From Chiloscyllium plagiosum (taxonomy: Eukaryota), in the NCBI RefSeq assembly GCF_004010195.1, contig NC_057751.1, forward strand, positions 11,139,032 to 11,159,031: 20,000 nucleotides of DNA. The letters are read 5' to 3'. The notes under the pieces were generated by a model, which was not told the origin of the DNA, did not search any database, and worked only from the letters and a program-made list of their open reading frames with translations. Positions within the stretch are counted from its first letter, which is position 1. Every line of letters starts with the position of its first letter. Of the stretch, positions 10,259 through 20,000 are shown one piece after another. The position numbers were made by a program, and so were the translations under genes.

Positions 10259-11652
10259 TAAAAAAAACAATAAATTAGGTAAAGCAGGTTTACTCATGCA
10301 CAACTCGAAGTGTGATCCCTCAGTGATTTTTCACTCAGAGCAGGGAAAGACCACCCAGAGTGCGAGCTGCAAGGCTGTCTCTGGCACACACTGGTTTACT
10401 TTGAGAGCACAGGATACAAACAGGACATAGTGGCTAGAGCAACTCTCACCCACAGGAAAGGCAACAGTCTGATGAGACCTGCAATCAATGTTACCAGCTC
10501 AAAGACACTGAATCTCCAGGGTAGGGGGATTTTCGTCCGTTCTGTGGAATGAGGACAACTGTGTGCCCAGAGGCTGAGGGGTCAGAGTGGAAAACCAAAC
10601 ACGCAACAAGTGGTGGCAGAGCAGACCGGGAGAAACAGACTCCACAGCTAAGGGGAACGACAGGTCACAGACTTACAATAACTGTTACAAAAAATAAAAA
10701 ATACCCAAAAGGCAAAAGCAAAAACAAAAAAATTCTCATACTCAAGTCGATACGGCTGTGCCCAAGAGGCTGGGTTTTAATTGTCACTCACAAAAAGGAG
10801 CTGCTGTTGGTCTGTTGAGGAGACATGGGAGTAAGGGTAATAAAACTTTCTTCCCAAGAGCGAGTGCAGAGACAATATGGCCTCGTGTGCTGTCATGTCT
10901 TGACACATGCTTCGTGTGGGAACATTTACCAAGACACTGCAGCTTCACAGACAGGTCTGTAACCTGTCCACAACCAGCATTTCCTGAGGGGGTGTCAGAG
11001 GGGCAGCAGTAGGAGAAAGTGAGGGTGGGAGAGTAGTCCTCTCTCCTGCCACTGACCAGTGTGACTACAGTAACCTGACATGGCTTGCTGATGTGCCCAC
11101 TAGCTGGGAGAGAGCAGCACACAGTGCTTGTATTGACCAAAGTCTGTGCTGTTGCTGCTCATGCGACACATCCTGGTTTGCCCACACTGCTTGCTTTCGC
11201 ACTGTGGGCTTGGTTTCTACTGCTCACAGGAAGCAATGCTGTTGGAGCCAACCAGCATGAGTGGGCTGTGGGGGGAGGCAATCTTCATTGTAATGGCGCC
11301 GTGCCCAACCACTGACATCAGCAACTTCATACCGACTACCCTGTACAATGGGAGGGGTTACTATTGGGTGAGTAGGGTTTCACTGAACATCAAACTCCTG
11401 ATGGGGGGGGGGGCGACAGGCTGTTCCAGTCAGATAGGCCTTCACCCAATTTCCTCAGATTTCTCAATGTGGCAGATTACTGGAACCCCCTCTTGGTGTT
11501 GGCAGTGTGGCATTAGCTCTGTCACTGGCACATCCTGACCCCAGTGGAGGGGTGGGGGGATTGAAATCCGAGTGATTCGGCTGCACAGACAGGATGACCC
11601 AACACCCCTGTCTTGGCAATGGGGTATCTTTCAGAAAGGTGCAACAGAAACC

Positions 11653-11674
11653 TGTTGTTGTTGTTGTTGTTGTT
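11653..11674. repeat. (TTG)n microsatellite in the 3' UTR
   Basis: tgttgttgttgttgttgttgtt. Confidence 0.9.
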
Positions 11675-11876
11675 TCAGAGTGCCAACTTTCTCAGCTGGT
11701 GTCACAACTCCCATGTGGGATATCCCACAAGGGAGAGAAAAACCAAACATTGAAAACACACCAATGTCCACAATGATATCCCGTCCGACCAGTGAATTCA
11801 GAGGCTGATACTCAGACCCAACTCTCTGCTATCCTATGTCCCCATGATAGAACAGATCCAGCTCCAATATATTTCC

Positions 11877-11882
11877 TTTATT
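11877..11882 (-). terminator. Candidate proximal polyadenylation signal AATAAA
   Basis: Plus-strand tttatt about 920 nt after the stop codon, downstream of the AU-rich block at 12047-12106. Confidence 0.45.
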
Positions 11883-12799
11883 TATGGCAAATCCCAAATT
11901 CATCACCAGAATGCCCTCATCTCTGAACCCCTTTTTTACTGACAGACTGCAGAAAGCCCAAGCTAACAACAAAGCCAAGACACAAACAGATTATCTATAT
12001 GTTAACTCCTACAGGTACATATCCTGGGGACCACCTTTTCTCTTTACAAAAAAAAAAAATTTCATGTAAATATATTTATATTTATACATATTTGGCTATA
12101 TTTACAAAGTAAGTCGAGCTGTATTCTGCACCCTGTTGGAGTCAAGTTCCCAAGTGTAAAAGGCATGGCATCAGTTAGTGTCTGTTTACACGCATCAGTT
12201 AGTGTCTGTTGGTCCCCTACCAGAACACCAGCTCTGAGACACAGGGAGAAACAGGCAGCAACTTCAGTGTAGTCCACAGCGAGACAGTGCAGGGGAGATT
12301 GGGGTCAATGGAAGATCCCTCCATGTCCTTGTCGAAAGTCCCCCCGAGTCCTCCACTCCATGAAGAGCCTTTCTCCCCAGTGACAGGAGGTTGACCATCC
12401 CTCCGACACTGGCTCCAAGTCCACCAGTTTGGTCAGATTTGTCTGAATGAAGCTGCCTCTTGTAGGCCTGTAGACCAGGGGGAGAGGGAGTGGTGGGGGG
12501 GGGTCAGCAGGCAAAGGCGCTCAACACAGTCCAGCTCCTCAAGGCTGCCATTGCTGCCTGTCCTCCCCCAGAATGCTTTAGGATGGCTGAGATCACCTCA
12601 GGAAATGGCTCATGGCTTTGTCGAAACAGGGGAAGCTGGCAGACGTTGGTCAACAGTGGTGGGAGGAGCCTCAGAGGGCAAGACCGCACAAACATCCACA
12701 GGCCACGACACACGGCTGTGCAGAGAAACCAGGTTTGACTCAGTGGGTAAGATGGCTAGCTCGAGGAGTTCTGCTGGACTGGAACAAGATGTCACAGTC

Positions 12800-12976
12800 T
12801 CAGTGTTTCCGCTTGAGGCATCCGTTACTGTGCCCCGGATACTTGGGAAGGCAGGGTTCCTCTGGCAGAGGCTCATGAGAGAAGACTGAATCTTCACCAG
12901 AGGAGCATGTGGAACTTCTCGTATCCGGGAAGCTGGGTGAGTACTGATCCAAGGAGACAGACAGGTCCAGGTAGTC
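12800..12976 (-). CDS. fgfr1: FGFR1 terminal coding exon (C-terminal tail with PLC-gamma docking tyrosine)
   Basis: Acceptor is ggctttgcag|. Encodes [58 protein letters not shown], with TGA at 12802-12800. The tail closely resembles human FGFR1 (YLDL...[35 protein letters not shown]), which separates it from FGFR2-4. Confidence 0.96.
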   Translation of the reverse strand, partial: DYLDLSVSLDQYSPSFPDTRSSTCSSGEDSVFSHEPLPEEPCLPKYPGHSNGCLKRKH

Positions 12977-13691
12977 CTGCAAAGCCAACAAGACAAAATA
13001 AGCAATGAACTCAATCTCCAAATAAACACCGTGACTCGCCAGGAACTGAGAGGCTCCACCAAGACAGCAGAAATGTGCGAGGCCTGATTGTAAGCTCGGC
13101 CAAGTTAACCAAACTCTGCAGGGTCTGTAAGCACACGTCATCCAGGCTATTCCAAGAGCTCTTTGTAAATGGTCTTTCTCAGCTCTCCTCAGATCGCTCT
13201 TTACAACACTCTGTCTCAGGCAGCTGAAAACTTGCCTTTCACCATTCCCTTCCCAAAGCCAAATATTATTGTTTCTTTCGCCCAGTGTGATCGTATGTTT
13301 GGATTATGTCCACACAGTAGCATTTAAAAACAGGCAATTTCAGTTCTCCCCGCCTCAGAATACGCCCGGCAGCTATTTCTGAATTTGGGCCTTTCCTTTC
13401 TGACAGCTGTCCCCCCGGTAGGCCAGAGGGGACAATGGCTGACAACATGCGAGTCAGTTCAAAGCCCAAAATTATCTGCTGTTGTGGGCTCCATCCTCTG
13501 GCATGGAAACAGATGCTTCTAGAAGCTTTGGGAATCTGCTGAGTGAGGGTAAGGCAGTGTCAGGTTGAAGCCATTCCTCAGGAGGATAATCCCCCCCCTC
13601 CACATGTAAAACCACTATGGCCATCGCCAGTGTCTGACCTGGCCAGTGTGGATGACTCATGTGAGTGAGAGCTCTGGGCCAGTGGAAAGTT

Positions 13692-14351
13692 ACTGTCACC
13701 CCGTGCTCACCAACATGGCCGACTGTCACCCTGTGCTCACCAACATGGCCGACTGTCACCCCGTGCTCACCAACATGGCCGACTGTCACCCCGTGCTCAC
13801 CAACATGGCCGACTGACATCCCGTTGTCACCCCGTGCTCACCAACATGGCCGACTGACATCCCGTGCTTACCAACATGGCCGACTGTCACCCCCGTGCTC
13901 ACCAACATGGCCGACTGTCACCCCGTGCTCACCAACATGGCCGAATGTCACCCCGTGCTCACCAACATGGCCGACTGTCATCCCGTGCTCACCAACATGG
14001 CCGACTGTCACCCCGTGCTCACCAACATGGCCGACTGACATCCCGTGCTCACCAACATGGCTGACTGTCACCGCGTGCTCACCAACATGGCCGACTGACA
14101 TCCCGTGCTCACCAACATGGCTGACTGTCACCGCGTGCTCACCAACATGGCCGACTGTCACCCCGTGCTCACCAACATGGCTGACTGTCACCCCACGCTC
14201 ACCAACATGGCCGACTGTTACCCCATGCTCACCAACATGGCCGACTGTTACCCCATGCTCACCAACATGGCCGACTGTCACCCCGCGCTCACCAACATGG
14301 CCGACTGTCACCCCATGCCCACCAACACGGCTGATTGTCACCCCGTGCTCA
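13692..14351. repeat. Intronic 30-bp minisatellite, about 22 units, consensus GACTGTCACCCCGTGCTCACCAACATGGCC
   Basis: Directly visible tandem array with 20 copies of CAACATGGC plus one CAACACGGC. It has small insertions near 13821 and 13891 and lies in the last fgfr1 intron (12977-14486). Confidence 0.98.
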
Positions 14352-14486
14352 TCAATAGACTGGGGCTGCTGTTCCACCTCAGTTCCCCTGTCTATCAGTG
14401 TTGGACAGGCAGAGGGTTGGGCTGGTACAGGCCAAATGTCTCTCACACATGCTCTCAGTTCTCCCCAGCCAAAACCCATGCCTCAC

Positions 14487-14592
14487 CTGGTTGGAAGTCA
14501 TTGCCAGAATCCTGTCCAGGTCTTCGACCAGCTGCTTGAAGGTGGGTCTTTGGGAAGGCATTACATGCCAGCAGTCTCTCATTGTCATGTAT
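14487..14592 (-). CDS. fgfr1: FGFR1 penultimate coding exon (end of kinase domain)
   Basis: 106 nt encoding (L)[35 protein letters not shown]. Acceptor is cttcctgcccag| and donor is |gtgagg. Confidence 0.97.
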
Positions 14593-15549
14593 CTGGGCAG
14601 GAAGAGGAAGCACATTCAGTCCAGTCAACCCCACCCTACAAAGCAAGATCCCACTGCCACACAGGTCCACTTCACTCATCTGGTTTGGAGTGACTACCAA
14701 AGCCTCAACACTGCAGCCAGTGAAAAGAGAGTTCAGTTCAGTCACAGGTCAGTATTCTGGAGGTGATGGTCAAAAAGAGGGCTTCCTCCACACAGGCAGC
14801 ACCTCAGCAAGATTCCCTTAATTCCCCAAAGCAAAACACTGCAAACACCCTGGAGATTTCCTTTGGTGAGTGCTTCAGAACTTGACTTGAGGAAGGGGCA
14901 GAGTGAGAACAGAAGGGGACAGGAGACAAGTGTCTCATTGGCTTCAGTGAATAAAACAACCAACATTTCAAAGCACTTAGGTGATGTGATGTCATGGAAT
15001 CGAGCTGGTGAAGAATGGGGTCCAGTTTGATAAGGCCCCCTGCCTCAGGTCTCTGCACAGGCGGTGTGGATCTCAGATCAGAACAAACAGAGCCAGGGGA
15101 CCTCAGTAAACAGCAGAACAGGCTGATGGGTCAGACACTGTCTTTGGTCACAAACATAAAGCAGCTCCCGGGATGTCACCGTCAGCTGCCCCTCCTCTTT
15201 CCAACCACTATTCACCTGCACAATACTCAGTACACCCCAACCTCCCAGCTTTGTCTCTCTGAAGCACGGAGGACCATTTCAAATCGATCTCTGCAATGTG
15301 ATCAGCTGCCTGCCTGGTGCACCTCATCTATGGGACAGATCGGTCATACAGGGGGTCCCGGATCACTAGATGGAGCCTGGCAGCTGGCTGGTTGGGTCTG
15401 GCCAGGGGCACGGTGTGCGGTTTACTACAAGGGCGCTGCCCACCCCACCTTCCCACCACTCCCCAAGCAGGGCTCGTCCTGTGAAAACCTGGTGCTTGCT
15501 AACTGCGGGAGAGAAACAGCTTACTGTTCAACTGGAACTTTCCTCAGTG

Positions 15550-16288
15550 AACACAGAACAGTACAGCACAGGAACAGACCCTTCGGCCCACCATGTCTGT
15601 ACCGACAATGATGTCATTCTAAACTAATCCCATCTGCCAGCACATGGTCTGTATCCCTTTACTCTCTGCCTGCTCAGGAGCCTGTCCAAATGCTGCTTAA
15701 ATGTTGTCATCATATCTGCTTTCCAACCACCCCCCTCCCTCCCCCTGGCAGCATGTTCCAGGTACTTAGTACCCTCTGTGTCAAAACCTTTGCTCACACA
15801 CCTCTTTGAAGCTTTCCCTCTCTCACGTTAAACCTCTGCCCCCTGGCTATTTGACATTTCCATCCCAGGGAAAAAGACTTGGACTCTCCGTCCTGGCCAG
15901 GTGTGCCCTGATTTTGTGGGTATTTTCTAATCGATCTGCTCAGAGATGTTATTATATTCCTCTGGTGGAGGTGGGACTTGCTGTATCAAAAGCACTCCTA
16001 TCAGGTCGCCCTTTAACCTCCAATACACTCGCAAAAACAACCCAAGCTTAGCCAACCACTCCATATTGCTAATACACTTCAATCTAGGCAACACCCATTT
16101 TAAAACCCTCTCCAAAGCATCCAGAACCTTCCGGTAGTGTGGTGACCCAGAGCTGTATGCAATATGCCAAACACGGCCTAACTGAAGTCTTATACAGCTG
16201 CAACACAACTTCCCAATTTTACCCTCAATGCCCTGATGGATGAAGGTGAGCCCATTATACACCTTCTATACCACCTTATCCACTTGTC
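15550..16288 (-). mobile_element. Intronic CR1 LINE 3' fragment, moderately diverged
   Basis: Minus-strand ORF remnants YRKVLDALERV and RLKGDLI. Tail is acagaacagtacagcacaggaacagacccttcggccca. Confidence 0.85.
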
Positions 16289-16290
16289 CG

Positions 16291-16524
16291 AGAGTCATAC
16301 AGCTGTTCAGCACAGAAACAGACACTTCGGTCCAATTCATCCATGCAGACCAAATATTTTGAATTAATCTAGTCCCACCTGCCAGCACCCGGCCCATCTC
16401 CCTCCAAACCCTTCCTATTCATATACCCATCCAAATGCCTCTTAAATGTTGCAATTGTACCAGCCTCCACCACATCCTCTGGCAGCTCATTCCATACACG
16501 TACCACCCTCTGTGTGAAAAAGTT
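16291..16524 (-). mobile_element. Intronic young CR1/HER1-type 3' end
   Basis: Encodes NFFTQRVVRVWNELPEDVVEAGTIATFKRHLDGYMNRKGLEG. Same subfamily as 4057-4329. Confidence 0.92.
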
Positions 16525-16710
16525 GGAATGCCATGTTAGTCTCAGTGCCCATGTCTCGGTGGGAGAACACCACGTTAGGTTTACACTTGCTGTCCCCTCC
16601 AGCCGAGTCCTTCGGACATTACCAAAGTGGTGGGATGGAGGTGACTGCTTCCATCTCCAGCTCCCTCTGTAGCATACCCCAGCCACACCCCAGTGTGTCC
16701 TCTTTACTCA

Positions 16711-16881
<171 letters not shown>

Positions 16882-16938
16882 TCAGAGCACCAACTCACAG
16901 AGACCCTGCAGAGGGCAGTGATTCACAACATATTAGGG

Positions 16939-17049
16939 CACTCACCCACACACACTCTCACTCACACACACACAGATGCAACAGACACACACACAGAATC
17001 ACATACAGACACACACACATACACAGACCCACACCCACACAGACACACA
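16939..17049. repeat. Imperfect (CA)n tract, (UG)-rich in the pre-mRNA
   Basis: About 110 nt of cacacacact/acagacacac-type repeats. Confidence 0.9.
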
Positions 17050-17417
17050 TGTGCAAAACGGGCTGTTGGGCCCTCAACGACAATCAGGCAGTTGGCAAAA
17101 TTGCACCCCTTTGGACCATTCTCCGCTCTGGCAATAGGCTGGGCACTCATTGCAGTCTCTCTCCTGTTACCAGTGGCTCAGGAGGCAGACATGAGGCTGC
17201 ATCTCAAACTCTCCCTTGCCCCACTCTGGGAGATACCAGCCACTTGGCAAGTCAGGAACAACAGGCCACAGGCCTGACTCCTGCTGTTCACGAGCTCCAC
17301 TGGTTTGGCCTGGAGCCTGGAGCTTCTCTCAACCAACCCTTCACCCCCCCCCCTATGTTCAATGCCAAAACCTACCCCCTTTCCCCTTGCCCCACAACTC
17401 CTTTCAGATCCTCCTTA

Positions 17418-17723
17418 GGACAGCACGGTGGCTGAGTGGTTGGCACTGCTGCCTCACAGCACCAGGGTCCCAGGTTCGATTCCAGCCTCAGCTGACTGCC
17501 TGTGTGGAGTTTGCGCATTCTCCCCGTGTTTGAGTGAGCTTCCTCCGGGTGTTCCGGTTTCCTCTCACAATCCAAAGATGTGCAGGTCGAGGTGGACTGG
17601 TCATGGGAAATTGCCCAGAATGTCCAGCGATGTGCAGGCTAGGTGGGTTAACCATGGGACATGCAGGGATGGGGGGGGGGGGGGGGGGTTGTCAGAGGGT
17701 TGATGGGCTGAATGGCCTGCTTC
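17418..17723 (+). mobile_element. Near full-length tRNA-derived V-SINE (HE1-like), antisense to fgfr1
   Basis: Pol III A box TGGCTGAGTGG (17429-17439) and B box GGTTCGATTCC (17473-17483). V-domain tgtgtggagtttgcgcattctccccgtg...ctccgggtgttccggtttcctc...tccaaagatgtgc, an internal poly-G run and the LINE-like tail gggctgaatggcctgcttc. Confidence 0.9.
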
Positions 17724-17913
17724 AATGATAAAAGATATTAACTCCTTTAACCCTACTCTTGCTCAGCCTTGTCAATTGCCCAAGTCAGGGTCAACGGGGG
17801 TGCAATCATGTTCCTGTGAAGGGAGGGATTGGAAGATTACGGAAGCTTCTGGTAATGTTGTTATTTCATCCACCTGGCAGGGTCAGGGTAGTTCATCCCT
17901 TTGGCGGTACTTA

Positions 17914-18006
<93 letters not shown>

Positions 18007-18429
18007 TTAAACAAGGTGTGAAGAAACGCAGTGAGACCTTCAACATGTGAACACAACCGAGTAAGAACACAAGACACTCTCCCAACAGCATACATCTCAA
18101 CAAAAGGCCAACCCTGTGCGAGCAGCGGGTGAGACACGAGCTCCCAGCATCATGTCCCTGTTTGACAGCAGGCTAACACCGCCATGGGTGCCCAGTGTTT
18201 CCATCTGTTCAGCACGGATGGTGGGACAACAGAGCCTGGGGAGGGGTGTGTGCAAGATTCTGACTGTATTGGGCACATGGTGCATGATCAATGATTTCAC
18301 CCTAGGATTGAGGCCAGGTCTTCAGGTCGCACCAGAGGCAAGCGCAATGCTTTTGGGTCATGTTACGTGTCAATCGAATCTTGCTCATGTCCCCCTTGGC
18401 GTCCTGAGCAGAGATCTGGAGTCCGTCAT

Positions 18430-18700
18430 GTCAAAAGGAGACATTGTCATTGGAGAAGCTGGATTTAGAAATGCCAAACTGGGACCCACTTATCAGGACA
18501 GGTTGAACAGACTGGGGGCCCTTTTCCTGCGCAAAGCCAGTGACCTGATGGAAGTTGTCAAACTTGAGAAAGGATTTGGGTGGGGTGTAAAAGAGACCTG
18601 CTTTCATTTACACATTGTGCCAAAGTTAGAAGCCAATAAAAAAAATCACCCATGCATTGATTGAATTGCGACTTGAGTAAAGTGGTTAAGCATGTGGAAG
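18430..18700 (+). mobile_element. Very old CR1 remnant
   Basis: YQDRLNRLG...DLMEVVK resembles CR1 YEERL.RLGL...DLIEVYK. Confidence 0.5.
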
Positions 18701-19020
18701 CCAATCTGCAGCGAGACACTGTCCAGGGGATGGTCAACGAGGATGGGTTCAGGATTTGATGGACAGCAAACCGAAAGTGGGGAATTCGAACGTGGCAGAC
18801 AGGTCGTGACTGAACATAGCCAACTCCAACCCTGAGGAGAGATTCCACTGGGTACCTGAGGAGACAGCCGGGATCTGGGCTTGGCTGAGGATTGCTCCAA
18901 CATCCTCGAGAGACCTCCTCTTGTGCTGTGTGGTCTTCCAGACCCAAACAATTAGGATTGCAAAGTGGAACTCTCCGTAAAGCAGGCATGATGAGCTGAG
19001 GCATGTCCCAGTCTTCCTCT

Positions 19021-19038
19021 ATGATGATGATGATGATG
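19021..19038. repeat. (ATG)6 microsatellite, intronic
   Basis: atgatgatgatgatgatg. Confidence 0.85.
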
Positions 19039-19659
19039 CAAGAGGCCACTCATCCCATCTAGTTTACACCAGCCCTCAGAAAGAGCAATCAGTTTCTCTC
19101 ACTCCTTTTAGTGTGTTTGTCCTTAACGATTTATTCACCTGCCTTTCACAAACTACCGACAAAATGGTTGCTCAAACCTCAATGGCTTCACTGGCCAATC
19201 TTGGGTGGAAGCCACCAGCTTTCATGGACCTTCCAACCATCTGCGCCACCCTCATGACCGACAGCCAAGCTCCAGGCTTTCAGGAACGTCTCTCCCAGGT
19301 CATGGAGAAAGACTCTGCACCTCTGCTCTTCCCCAACGCACATATAGTCAAAAGGTGAAGACTAGTTTTGGGTGTGCCCTAGTCCCTGCTCCACACCCTG
19401 CTGGACTGAACTGCTGGAAAAATAACAATCCTGTCATCCACCCCCACCCCCCCAGTGACCACTCACCAGATGACCGTCTCAGGGCCTCTGCTTGGCCTTG
19501 CTACCTGATCAACTCAACGACACATGCTGAATAAACACAGTGGGGAAGAATCCTGCAGCAGCTAACTCACCTCCTGACTCCACAAAGCCTGGCCATCAAG
19601 GTACAGTCAGCAATGTCAACTGCTCGCAAAAACAACCCTGAGCTTTCAGTTAACTGCAA

Positions 19660-20000
19660 CTCTACAGCACAGAAACAGACTCCTCGGTCCAACCCATCCA
19701 TGCCGACCAGATATCCCAACCCAATCTAGTCCCACCTGCCAGCACCCGGCACATATCCCTCCAAACCCTTCCCATTCATATACCCATCCAGATGCCTTTT
19801 AAATTTTTGCAGTTGTACCAGCCTCCACCACTTTCTCTGGCAGTTCATTCTATACACGTACCACCCTCTGCGTGAAAGAGTTGCCCCTTAGGTCTCTTTT
19901 ATATCTTTCCCCTCTCAAGCTAAACCTATGCCCTCTAGTTCTGGGCTCCCCCACCCCAGGGAAAAGACTTTGCCTATTTACCCTATCCATGCCCCTCATG
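19660..20000 (-). mobile_element. Intronic young CR1/HER1-type 3' end, running off the window edge
   Basis: Nearly identical to 4790-5126 (ccatgccgaccagatatcccaacccaatctagtcccacctg...atccatgcccctcatg). Confidence 0.93.

Larger units (their letters stand above)
10230..12799 (-). other. fgfr1: Probable fgfr1 3' UTR (long form); 3' boundary approximate
   Basis: Follows the stop codon, contains no transposon I can recognise, has U-rich tracts in the mRNA sense and ends near an AATAAA in U-rich context. Confidence 0.65.

Noticed and set aside
12209..12233. A mir-133 gene on the plus strand
   Set aside because: Only partial identity to the mature sequence and no evident precursor hairpin. A target site in the minus-strand mRNA fits better.
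13692..14351. Possible CRISPR array (30-bp periodicity)
   Set aside because: Units are head-to-tail with no unique spacers, there are no cas genes, and the context is a vertebrate intron.
13665..14693. 342-aa plus-strand ORF with (VTPCSPTWPT)n and 203-aa minus-strand ORF with (HVGEHGVTVG)n, resembling a mucin-like or His-rich protein
   Set aside because: A 30-bp unit without stops gives long ORFs in several frames on both strands. The plus ORF starts at GTG, switches repeat frame internally and runs antisense over an fgfr1 exon.
17418..17492. tRNA gene
   Set aside because: The A and B boxes are followed directly by a V-SINE domain and LINE-like tail, so this is a SINE head.

Overview
Eukaryotic (vertebrate) genomic DNA, very probably from a shark or other elasmobranch, judged by its HE1-type V-SINEs and HER1/CR1-type LINE tails. 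The right half holds the 3' end of an FGFR1 gene on the minus strand: four coding exons (17915-17985, 16712-16849, 14487-14592, 12800-12976) that splice in frame through GT-AG junctions. They encode the kinase C-lobe and C-terminal tail and are followed by a probable 3' UTR of up to about 2.55 kb with two candidate poly(A) signals. The last intron carries a 30-bp minisatellite of about 22 units. The left half is intergenic and rich in CR1 LINE fragments, one nested in another. The most striking non-genic object is a 187-bp insertion (5864-6050) with a 14-bp target-site duplication and perfect 60-bp inverted arms whose 30-nt spacer is a minimal hammerhead-ribozyme core of the Penelope-like-element type. 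The 3' UTR has a compact cluster of candidate post-transcriptional elements (extended miR-133 site, duplicated QKI motif, Pumilio site in a hairpin). Most ORFs in the supplied track look spurious or repeat-derived. All family assignments come from recall, not database searches.
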